Of a stretch of 64,000 nucleotides of DNA, positions 45,693 to 53,910 are shown piece by piece. Both the position numbers and the translations under genes were made by a program. The notes below the pieces were generated by a model. The model did no database searches, was not told the DNA's origin, and saw nothing but the letters and a program-made list of their open reading frames with translations. Numbering within the stretch: position 1 is the stretch's first letter; every line of letters starts with the position of its first letter. Source of the DNA: a virus; the IMG/VR virus record IMGVR_UViG_3300037851_000865, positions 111,762-175,761 of that record; one strand, written 5' to 3'.

Positions 45693-45809
45693 CATGCCTT
45701 GGGCCACAGGCCCTCGTACTCCTAGGAGCCCGCTCTCGGGGCAACTCGAGTGACGTCCTATACCCCACGGAAAGTAGCGGCTGAAAAGCGTGGGGCGTTT
45801 CCTGCTAAC

Positions 45810-45868
45810 GTGAATCCGTCAAAGGCAAGACGAAAGAGCAGGGTGCCTGACAGCCGGAGAGACGGCAC
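45810..45868 (+). ncRNA. Unnamed structured RNA motif, copy 1
   Basis: GTG-N6-TCA..TGACAGCCGGAGAGACGGCAC. Confidence 0.5.
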
Positions 45869-45871
45869 TTA

Positions 45872-45917
45872 GGGGACACGGTAGGCGTTTACTTCCTGTT
45901 CGAGTCAGGAGTTCCCA
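45872..45917 (+). ncRNA. Truncated tRNA-like RNA (acceptor stem + T-arm only)
   Basis: GGGGAC/GTTCCC-A; T-arm TCCTG-TTCGAGT-CAGGA. Confidence 0.55.
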
Positions 45918-45941
45918 CGAGTGAGATAGAAGCGAACCGCG

Positions 45942-46006
45942 GTGCAACACTCAGCCGGCATCAAGGTCCTTGAAACCAACAGCGGTGACAACTGGAAAGA
46001 CAGCAC
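45942..46006 (+). ncRNA. Unnamed structured RNA motif, copy 2
   Basis: GTG-N6-TCA..TGACAACTGGAAAGACAGCAC, with a compensatory change relative to copy 1. Confidence 0.5.
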
Positions 46007-46040
46007 AGGGTGGGAGCCTCGAAAACTCGCCACCCTACTT

Positions 46041-46111
46041 TGAGGAATCGTCTAACGGTAGGACTAGGGTTTCTGGTACCCTGTATCGTGGTTCGAATCC
46101 ACGTTCCTCAA
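46041..46111 (+). tRNA. tRNA-Gln(CTG)
   Basis: Cloverleaf; U1-A72; anticodon arm AGGGT-TTCTGGT-ACCCT. Confidence 0.92.
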
Positions 46112-46112
46112 C

Positions 46113-46233
46113 AAGGACGGCATGGCATGAAAAAAGCACATCCCTGGGAGGCAACTCCCTAGAACCCATGGACTGAAGAAACGAATGGCTCAACTGTGTT
46201 GGGTGGACGCTCTGAGGGTGTGGCTCCGTCCTT
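46113..46233 (+). ncRNA. Putative structured RNA between tRNAs
   Basis: Closing stem AAGGACGG/CCGTCCTT; inner stem CACATCC/GGGTGTG. Confidence 0.35.
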
Positions 46234-46239
46234 TATTTT

Positions 46240-46312
46240 GCCTCCTTAGCTCAGCTGGTAGAGCACTGGTTTTGTAAACCAGCGGTCGTTGGTTCGACTC
46301 CGACAGGGGGCT
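46240..46312 (+). tRNA. tRNA-Thr(TGT)
   Basis: Cloverleaf; anticodon arm CTGGT-TTTGTAA-ACCAG. Confidence 0.95.
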
Positions 46313-46327
46313 CTGGTACGATTGCGT

Positions 46328-46708
46328 ATGGCTGACGAGCGCAAAGAAAACAATGCGGACGAGGAGCAAGGGTACCTGTACCTGCAGCAACGTCAGGCAG
46401 TGAACAACGCTTACGCATCCCTCGAGGGCCAGGCTATCGCTGATAGCTTCTCGGCCTTCACGTTTGAGGAAGCTGCAGACGCGCAGATTGAGCGCATCGA
46501 GGGCGCCAGCACGACGCTTCGTCCCAACATGCTGGACCGCACAGAGGCTGTGCGACAGAACCTCAAGAACGCTGTCAAGCAAATCAAAGCGGTACCTCCT
46601 GAGAAGTTCAGGGACGTTGAGCGCGGCGATGCCGTGAATACGTCTGAGGCAGACCCGCAGTCTGACGAAGAACTCCGCAAAGCACGGTTGCAAGCCTTCC
46701 AGTCTTGA
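46328..46708 (+). CDS. Hypothetical protein
   Basis: TGGTACGAT lies 5 nt upstream of the ATG. Confidence 0.7.
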   Translation: MADERKENNADEEQGYLYLQQRQAVNNAYASLEGQAIADSFSAFTFEEAADAQIERIEGASTTLRPNMLDRTEAVRQNLKNAVKQIKAVPPEKFRDVERGDAVNTSEADPQSDEELRKARLQAFQS

Positions 46709-46717
46709 AGGCATAAG
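46690..46717 (+). promoter_or_regulatory. Putative phage sigma promoter GCAA-N16-GGCATAAG
   Basis: Motif match. Confidence 0.7.
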
Positions 46718-46724
46718 AGGGCTG

Positions 46725-47135
46725 ATGCACAGCCCTAGACAAGTAATGGCAGCGACGTCCTTGATGAGGTTGTCGCCTGCTGACACATTCAAAGCCGCAC
46801 GTATGCTCATCAGCAGCTCGTACGTGTGGACACAGAACGCTCGAGCGCGCGATTCTCACGGAAACAAGTGCGCACCTAACGACCCTGACGCTTCTCAGTG
46901 GAGCATCAACGGCGCTCTGGCAGTGGTGAGCAATCCGCAGGGCATCACACCCACGTGGCTGCTTCAGTGCCTAGACCAGCTGGTCGTGGAGTGCGGCCAG
47001 GCAGAACTCCTCTACTCAGAGGGCGGTGTTCTTCTTTGGTCGAATTGCGATGACTTTAACGACGACCGCAGCCACGCGGACGTGCTCAACTTACTGACAA
47101 CGGCAGAATCTTGGATGAGAGGGAACGGTTACTAG
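46725..47135 (+). CDS. DUF6197-like protein
   Basis: WTQ...ARD..G.......A..W...GAL...FND..R.H.DVL pattern. Confidence 0.6.
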   Translation: MHSPRQVMAATSLMRLSPADTFKAARMLISSSYVWTQNARARDSHGNKCAPNDPDASQWSINGALAVVSNPQGITPTWLLQCLDQLVVECGQAELLYSEGGVLLWSNCDDFNDDRSHADVLNLLTTAESWMRGNGY

Positions 47136-47533
47136 TGGACAATCATGTAGGAGAGAAGCTCGCAGCAGTTCTTGGTGCGACTATGAGCTACAACTACAGC
47201 AACAACTCGTCGCCTGTGCACGATACGGTCGTAGGCGTTCTTCAGCAGATTTCTTATGCGGTGTTGAGCCTGAGTTCCAGCCAACAGACGCTACAAGGAA
47301 GCCTGCATGACATAGCAATCAGTTTGAGCAACTTAGTGCCTAACATGAACGCAAGCAGGGCATGTGCCCACGTAGCTACTGAAGAAGTAGGACGATTAAC
47401 CAAAGAGTTAGAGCTAGTACGTGCGCACAACGCCAAGCAAAGTGCTCAGCTTGCGTATGTGCACGACATCCTCGAGAACGGCGGGCCTGATGTTCTTGTT
47501 GTAGGTAAGCTGCGTGATATGCTCAAGGAATAA
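47135..47533 (+). CDS. Hypothetical coiled-coil protein
   Basis: Coupled ORF. Confidence 0.6.
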   Translation: MDNHVGEKLAAVLGATMSYNYSNNSSPVHDTVVGVLQQISYAVLSLSSSQQTLQGSLHDIAISLSNLVPNMNASRACAHVATEEVGRLTKELELVRAHNAKQSAQLAYVHDILENGGPDVLVVGKLRDMLKE

Positions 47534-47544
47534 GTCAAAGAGAG

Positions 47545-48669
47545 GTGGTCATGGTCGACGTAGCTGAAATCAAATGGGGTAAGTACCAAGAGTTCGAAGG
47601 GCCCGTCTATTACGGCAAGCACAAGTACGTGTTGCCTGAGAGTGCCTCAGAGGGAGAAGAACAGCTACTGGTGCTGACCACAACAGAGGGTGGGACGTAC
47701 GACGCGTACAACGGTTATGACGTTTGTATTTCCACCAGCGGCTTGATTCAGTGGTGTGACAAGGCTCCCTACTTCCTTGTGTGCAAACTGCTCGGCTACG
47801 TCGCTGACCGAAACGTGGGGCTGCTCAAGCCTCTCGTTTCTTTAGCCCAGGAAACTGGGTACACGTTCAAGAAGAACGCGAAGAATGAGTGGCGCTGGTT
47901 TGGTGAGGGGCACGAGGTGTCAACTCAAGAGCAGCAGCGGGATATGGTGTTTGCTGGAGCTACTGGCAAGAAAGACAGCTTCAATGCGACGCAGGTGCTG
48001 CACGCAAAGAAGTGGGCAGCCGCCCTATCTACGGTGTGGGAGAATCCTGAGGCGCAGAGGTATCAGCGTGAGTACACGATTCCTAGGCTCAATGGGTTTC
48101 AGACCTCTTCGGCACAGAAGGTGGTCCAGGCTTCTCGAGACAACGACAGTCCTTACGCAAAAACGTTCCGCGCAGCCTTCACGAGCTTCGCCGCCAACAA
48201 CCCCGCTAAGACATCCCAGGCAGTGGATGACGTGGTGCGCAAGATGGGCGTGCGCTTCGACAAGGCCTGGGTACTAGAGTCTCTGCGCTCAATGACCTTC
48301 AGCCCGAACATCGCCATCTACCCACACAGGTACGACAAGATTCGTCCGGTGCTCGAGAAGCTCTATGGGGTGGACCTTCCTGACTTCGCCAAAGAGCTTG
48401 AGGGCTGGCGTTCTGTCAACGACTTCCGGTACAAGTACACGCCGAAGGGCATACAGCTAGCGCTGCTGGCCTTGGGGTACGACATCGGCACGGCAGGTGC
48501 TGACGGCATCTTCGGCAAACGTACCAAGGATGCTTTGAGGGCTTTCGAGAAGAGCAGCAGCCTTGTCCCAGCGTCCAGGCAGGACGGGGAGCCCGACGAG
48601 TTTACGGTACCGGCGCTGGCGGATGCCTTGAAAAGCAAAAACACAGCGGTGAACTTCGAAGCCGCTTGA
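47545..48669 (+). CDS. Endolysin (muramidase-like N-domain + peptidoglycan-binding domain)
   Basis: EGGTYDAYNGYD...SGLIQW catalytic-like motif; C-terminal IQLALLALGY..GADGIFGKRT..AL.AFE PG_binding_1 domain. Confidence 0.8.
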   Translation: MVMVDVAEIKWGKYQEFEGPVYYGKHKYVLPESASEGEEQLLVLTTTEGGTYDAYNGYDVCISTSGLIQWCDKAPYFLVCKLLGYVADRNVGLLKPLVSLAQETGYTFKKNAKNEWRWFGEGHEVSTQEQQRDMVFAGATGKKDSFNATQVLHAKKWAAALSTVWENPEAQRYQREYTIPRLNGFQTSSAQKVVQASRDNDSPYAKTFRAAFTSFAANNPAKTSQAVDDVVRKMGVRFDKAWVLESLRSMTFSPNIAIYPHRYDKIRPVLEKLYGVDLPDFAKELEGWRSVNDFRYKYTPKGIQLALLALGYDIGTAGADGIFGKRTKDALRAFEKSSSLVPASRQDGEPDEFTVPALADALKSKNTAVNFEAA

Positions 48670-48721
48670 CGGGTCTTGTTTAGCAGGGCACTCTCGCCAG
48701 TACCGGTGCCCATGCCGATTT

Positions 48722-48761
48722 AGCCCTAGTAGGTTTCTGCCTGCTGGGGCTTTTCTTTAGC
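48722..48761 (+). terminator. Terminator with TTAGC tail
   Basis: AGCCCTAGTAGG..CCTGCTGGGGCT-TTTCT-TTAGC. Confidence 0.8.
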
Positions 48762-48790
48762 CCCCAACGCATCGATGGTAGAATCCTCCT

Positions 48791-49450
48791 ATGGCGGTAG
48801 ACTTTCAGTGCATTTTTCCTCAAGAGTCAGTCCTACTGAATACAATTCAGCAGGAAGTGATTGGGGGCTTTGCCGCCATCCGTGTGGTCGGCGAGGACTT
48901 CCGCTCTGTTGACGAAGTAGTCATCAACAACGAGCCTAGTCCGGATGTAATCATCCTGAGCAAGACAGAGCTCGTTGCACAGCTGCCCGACTCCCAACAG
49001 CTAGCCCCAGACATCAGTTCTGTGGCGGTGCTCAGCAACCGGTTCACAGTGACCCGCCGGAGCCTGTTTCGTTTCCGCATAGGAAAGCGTCCTGGGAAGG
49101 TGCGCGGTATCCTTCGCCTGCTCCAGCTCTTCGTGAAGATTCTTCTCACCTCACCTGGTACCGATATCTTCCGACCGGGTTCCGGCGGAGGAATCCTCAG
49201 CAAGGTAGGAACCACGTTCGGCTCGGAAGAAGGCAGCAACCTTGTCACCGACTTCGTGGTGTCTGTGACGAGAACACAAAGGCAAATCATAGCCATGCAG
49301 GCACGAGACCAGCGTTCCCCTCGGGATGAGCGCCTCCTTTCTGCTACTGTCATCGGCTCTCAGTTCGACAAAACACAGGGTGCTCTGTACATGAGAATTC
49401 GCATCATCTCGCAGGCGGGAGAATCCGCCGAGGCAAATCTGGAGGTCTGA
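48791..49450 (+). CDS. Baseplate wedge gp25-like protein with N-terminal Ig/IPT-like domain
   Basis: LLQ..VKILLT.PG.D.F.P..GG...ERL motif; directly upstream of the baseplate J-like gene. Confidence 0.7.
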   Translation: MAVDFQCIFPQESVLLNTIQQEVIGGFAAIRVVGEDFRSVDEVVINNEPSPDVIILSKTELVAQLPDSQQLAPDISSVAVLSNRFTVTRRSLFRFRIGKRPGKVRGILRLLQLFVKILLTSPGTDIFRPGSGGGILSKVGTTFGSEEGSNLVTDFVVSVTRTQRQIIAMQARDQRSPRDERLLSATVIGSQFDKTQGALYMRIRIISQAGESAEANLEV

Positions 49451-49451
49451 C

Positions 49452-52400
49452 GTGGCAATTCGGGATATCGAAGCATTTTTGCGCCAACGGGGCCTACAGT
49501 ACGACCCCAACATGGACGTGAACCCGGGCTCGCCGTTCGACGTCCAGGTTGTGCAGCCTCTTGTGCGGCGGCTTGGTACTGACCCCCTGACCCAGGACCT
49601 GTCGACCTTCATAGCCAGTCGCATGCAGCAGGCCTTCCCCGACATCGCCAATCAGGAGGAGGATGCGGTCACGGACCTGCTCAACAAGCCAGCCACTCTC
49701 CTGTGGGACCCCATCGTCCGGGAAATCATCCGGGTACGCCAGAACCTGTCCTTCCAGGACCCTACGGCCATGACGGTCGAGGAGGCCGACGCTCTGGGCG
49801 CCAACTTCTTCAGCACCCGCAAGCGCGGAGGGCTGGCCCGCGGACCTGCTCGAATCCTGTTCAGCGCCCCTCAGAACGTCTCGGTCAGTCCGGCCAACTT
49901 CTTCACGTCCAAAGGAGGTCTGCACTTCTTCCCCACGGCGACGCAGAGCATTCGCATGGAGGAGATGATTCTGAACGTCACGACTGACGGGTTGTACTAC
50001 TTCGACATCAATACAATCGCAGAGGACTCGGGGACGGAGTACAACATCGACCCCGACGAGCTCATCTCGGTAGCCAACATCGGCTCGGCTGTTCGTGTGA
50101 CTAACACGCGCAAGTTCCGCTCCGGGCTTGATGAGGAGAATGCCCAGCAGTTCATCAGTCGTGTGAAGCAAGAGCTCACTGAGCGTTCGCTTGTCACTCT
50201 CCGTGGCGTGGCGGCCAAGTTGGTCTCCGGCTTCCCTGAAATCAACCGCCTGAACGTCATCGGATTCAATGACCCCGAGATGCAACGAGACATCATCCGT
50301 GGAGGCGGTCTCGGCTCTATTCTCGCCGGCGGGGCGCAGGGAGTGGTTGTTGCCGACGGGAACGGTCAGGCTCTTCAGACTACCTTCTTCACCAGCGAAG
50401 CAGACTTCCTGGTGCTCACCGGCGGAGCCGGCGCTGTGGGCGGCTACGTCCTCACGGTGTTTGGGGCATTCGGGCCCACAACCCCCGTGCTCGACCTGAA
50501 TGTGGTGCGTGTGCGCGACACCAACACCCTCGAGGTGGACGCCCCCTCCATGATTCTGGGAGCTGCGAACCTGCGCTGGACCTTGCGCAAGCAGGAGCTG
50601 ACGCTGAGCCATATCCCGGGCGGCATCCTGTTCCCGAACACGCCCAACGGCGAAGTGACCATCAAGGACAACGAGGTTCATGTCGGAGGCCTCTACGACA
50701 CGTACGTTCGTGGCTCGGGCTTCGATGAGGACACGTTCACCATCCAGAACGTCACAGACGACCAGCCGCTTCTTAGCGGACTGACTGCTACCGTGGAGGT
50801 GTCCGCTGACGTCGACTACCTGGGGACCAACGTATTCCAACTCAATAGCCTGGTGGAGGGTGTTGACTTCGTAGAAGGAGACGCAGTCACGCAGGCTATC
50901 GAAGACGCTGTCCGCTTTGGGTACACGCTGCAAGTACAGGACCCTCCACAGGCGGGTGTATACAGGGTTCTGGACTACACCGTCACGCCTGGGCAACCCC
51001 TTCAGCTTGTTGTCACGCCTACGCCTGGGGCACCCACTATTCTTAACTCCCGTTGGCGGTTGTTTGATGACCTCAACATTGACCTCCTTAGCCCCAGAGA
51101 GACTCGGGTTGGCGGCACAGACCTCTCTACCCTGCAGAACTCTGATGTTGTGAACGTGCAGGCAGGGACGGACTTTGACGCGCTCGGTGTATCTGAGGGA
51201 GATACGCTGGAGATTCTCGCAGGTCCTTCTGCCGGAAAGTACTTGGTCGTGGAGGCTCCGCTTTCTCCGACGTCTGTCCGGCTCGACACTGTGCTGGACG
51301 ATACGTCCTCCAGCCTTGGGTACACGCTCTATCGAGGCAATGAGGGAGCTCTTCGGCCTCCATTCGTACGCATCACGAAGGTGGAGCTCTTGGACTCTTC
51401 TGGGCAACCGCTCGGCACCACCATCCCTTACGCGCGTCCTGTTGATGTGCAGACGCGCGCCTTCCAGAACCCTGCTCGCGGCGTGAAGTGGGATTTGGTG
51501 GATACACGCTTGGGTTTGGTGAGCGACCCCGTCGGTGCTGGGTACAACACCGTCGGCGCCACGTCCCTTCAGTTCTACATTGCAGGGGCAGGGACGTTCA
51601 CTGCGAACGTAACAAGCGACTCGGCACTATCCTTGAGCGACATCATCGACGACCTCAACACCGCCTTCTTGGGGTGGGGTTTTGCCCAAGCGGCAGTGCA
51701 GGTAGGCACAGACCGCTTCGGTATTAGGCCTGTCGGCGCAGGTGGTGTAGTTGCGCTGGTTGGGGGCTCTGCACGCAACAACGTCTTTGGGGGCACTGAG
51801 CTTCGGACTACGGGCGACATCTTCTCTAAGACCATCAATGACGCGTCCGGCTGGAGTAGCCTGAACCCTGCCATCGACTTCACGTCAGGGTTCGATGTCT
51901 TGCAGGTGCTCGATGGGGCTGATATCGGCTTCTATTCTGCGCCCTTTACTGACAACGCATCCGTGCCAGGCGCTACCGACTACAGCGTTCTTCTGGTTGC
52001 AAGCGGCCCCATTACCAGCATCGCGGGGCTGAGCTCTATCCGAAAGACATTTGCGCCCGCGGTCGACCGTCAAGTGCAGGTCGGCTCACGTTCTCTCGGT
52101 AGCGCACGCGTGTTCTTCCTCGAGCCTACGAGTTTCGAGGTCGACGCAAACAGCCGCTTCTCCTTGGACCTCGGGACACAGGGCATCGTTAACTTCTTGC
52201 CCGACCCAACACTGAGCTACCAGAAGCTCCCATCACTCCCGGCCAACACAGCCATCCAGGACGGCACGTCTACCTCGGGAGGGAACACATTCTCCTCAGC
52301 CAGCCAGGACTTCATTCTCTCTGGCATTCAGCCTGACGACCAGCTCGTCATCGACACCATGATTATCGAGAGCACCCAAGTGCTCGCCGACCCTGTTGTT

Positions 52401-53579
52401 AAGCTGGCAGGGAAGACGCTTGTATTCTCGCTCGATGGAGGCCCCAATCGAACGGCTATCTTCCTTACCGATAGTGCCTCACTGAATGCGGCAAACGGCG
52501 AGGTAAGTCGCAACGGTGTCATCGACCAAATCAACGCAGCCGCCGGTGACGACATTGTGGAGCTCACCGGTGACAATCGCATCCGTTTCAAAACGCATCG
52601 CTCGCTTGTGGTGCGTGGTGCTTCTGACACTGTTGTAGGCAAGAGCTCTTCCTTGGTTGTTGCTACTGGGTACACGCCCATTCTTGAGGACATCCAAGGG
52701 ACAGCGCCTCTTCTTTCATTCAACACAACAGAGGACAGGAATAATCGCTCTCCGAGCGCAGGCACATATACCATCACAGATGTAGGGCAGACACAGCTCA
52801 TTGTTGACTCGCCTATATCAGGGCTCTTCGGATTCCCGCCACTTCTCACCGAGCAGAACTTCCGTGTGTACCGCGTAGGTGTGCAGCGTATTTCTACGAC
52901 GCAGATGGCAGAGAACACAGCAGAGGCTGGTATGTTCTATTTTGACGTGGAGCTCATCAGTGAAGGCGCCGGAGACCTGTACAACGTAGCCGAAGCACAA
53001 CAGCTTGTGCCTTCTGGTTACAGGTCAGACGGCTACTACTTAACGACCGACGACACCAACCTCACCTTCAGCGAGGCAGAGCGGCCGAAGATGGTCATCA
53101 GTCGTAGTATTCTGGAGACTGGTGTGGACGACGACCCGGTGAACGCAACACAGCTCACCGGCGAGAACATCGAAATCACGTACGACAGAACGCAGCTTGT
53201 GGCAGACGTTCAGGGCTTCTTGAGCTCTGAAACAGAGCGCGTCATCTGCGCCAACCCGCTCAGTCGTCACCTGATTCCCTACTTCGTGCGTTTGGATGTA
53301 CTCTATACCGGCGGCTCGAGGGAGGATGTCGTCATACGCGACCTGGAGCGCTACATCAACGACCTGGCCCCGGTGGACACTCTTGACTCAAGCGATGTGC
53401 AGAAAATCGTCACAGACCAAGGGGCCAACTACGTCAAAAACCCCCTGGACCTGATTGCTGTGGTGCACCGTATCGACCGCACTCTCTGGGTCGAGCGTTC
53501 TCAGGACCAGCTTGCTCTCGACGACCGCTTGAGCGCATTCATTCCCGAGCTGCTCAACGTACAACGGAGGACGACCTAA
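49452..53579 (+). CDS. Baseplate wedge (baseplate J-like) protein
   Basis: PGS....VV.P, LGANFF..R..G..ARG, A...G..YNI and GLDEE...FI.R motifs. Confidence 0.8.
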   Translation: MAIRDIEAFLRQRGLQYDPNMDVNPGSPFDVQVVQPLVRRLGTDPLTQDLSTFIASRMQQAFPDIANQEEDAVTDLLNKPATLLWDPIVREIIRVRQNLSFQDPTAMTVEEADALGANFFSTRKRGGLARGPARILFSAPQNVSVSPANFFTSKGGLHFFPTATQSIRMEEMILNVTTDGLYYFDINTIAEDSGTEYNIDPDELISVANIGSAVRVTNTRKFRSGLDEENAQQFISRVKQELTERSLVTLRGVAAKLVSGFPEINRLNVIGFNDPEMQRDIIRGGGLGSILAGGAQGVVVADGNGQALQTTFFTSEADFLVLTGGAGAVGGYVLTVFGAFGPTTPVLDLNVVRVRDTNTLEVDAPSMILGAANLRWTLRKQELTLSHIPGGILFPNTPNGEVTIKDNEVHVGGLYDTYVRGSGFDEDTFTIQNVTDDQPLLSGLTATVEVSADVDYLGTNVFQLNSLVEGVDFVEGDAVTQAIEDAVRFGYTLQVQDPPQAGVYRVLDYTVTPGQPLQLVVTPTPGAPTILNSRWRLFDDLNIDLLSPRETRVGGTDLSTLQNSDVVNVQAGTDFDALGVSEGDTLEILAGPSAGKYLVVEAPLSPTSVRLDTVLDDTSSSLGYTLYRGNEGALRPPFVRITKVELLDSSGQPLGTTIPYARPVDVQTRAFQNPARGVKWDLVDTRLGLVSDPVGAGYNTVGATSLQFYIAGAGTFTANVTSDSALSLSDIIDDLNTAFLGWGFAQAAVQVGTDRFGIRPVGAGGVVALVGGSARNNVFGGTELRTTGDIFSKTINDASGWSSLNPAIDFTSGFDVLQVLDGADIGFYSAPFTDNASVPGATDYSVLLVASGPITSIAGLSSIRKTFAPAVDRQVQVGSRSLGSARVFFLEPTSFEVDANSRFSLDLGTQGIVNFLPDPTLSYQKLPSLPANTAIQDGTSTSGGNTFSSASQDFILSGIQPDDQLVIDTMIIESTQVLADPVVKLAGKTLVFSLDGGPNRTAIFLTDSASLNAANGEVSRNGVIDQINAAAGDDIVELTGDNRIRFKTHRSLVVRGASDTVVGKSSSLVVATGYTPILEDIQGTAPLLSFNTTEDRNNRSPSAGTYTITDVGQTQLIVDSPISGLFGFPPLLTEQNFRVYRVGVQRISTTQMAENTAEAGMFYFDVELISEGAGDLYNVAEAQQLVPSGYRSDGYYLTTDDTNLTFSEAERPKMVISRSILETGVDDDPVNATQLTGENIEITYDRTQLVADVQGFLSSETERVICANPLSRHLIPYFVRLDVLYTGGSREDVVIRDLERYINDLAPVDTLDSSDVQKIVTDQGANYVKNPLDLIAVVHRIDRTLWVERSQDQLALDDRLSAFIPELLNVQRRTT

Positions 53580-53893
53580 TGGTCAATCTTGTACGAAGGG
53601 ATGATGGGCTGCGGAATCTTCGAAGCGTCTCCTGTATTCAGGACCACGCCGGTGAAGGGTTCGAGAAGAAAGCCGCAGTTGTCACATTTCAGGAGGGCTT
53701 TTGCGAGCCCTCCTTCGCCCGTCCAGGCAGTGCGCGCATCTACTTCTTTGCGCAGCATGTCGCCGCAGCGCTTGCACTTGCGGTGCACTTGGTAGAAGGC
53801 CTCCATCTTGGTGGCTTCGGGCGTGAGCTCGTCTTGGTACCCTTCGATTGCTTTGAGGTGAAGCTCGGGGTCTAGCTCTTTGAATACTCCCAT
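53576..53893 (-). CDS. Zn-ribbon hypothetical protein
   Basis: CKRC...CDNC; TATCCT lies 6 nt before the ATG. Confidence 0.7.
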   Translation of the reverse strand: MGVFKELDPELHLKAIEGYQDELTPEATKMEAFYQVHRKCKRCGDMLRKEVDARTAWTGEGGLAKALLKCDNCGFLLEPFTGVVLNTGDASKIPQPIIPSYKIDH

Positions 53894-53910
53894 GGGCAGA
53901 GGATAACACA

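Noticed and set aside
45760-45845. Hammerhead ribozyme (CTGAAAAG / GAAA)
   Set aside because: The CUGANGA core and the required three-stem arrangement are not satisfied.
49494-51407. Long antisense ORFs (637 aa here; also 1513-2745, 39240-40322, 58032-59129)
   Set aside because: Shadow frames of real genes caused by codon bias; no RBS or recognisable motifs.
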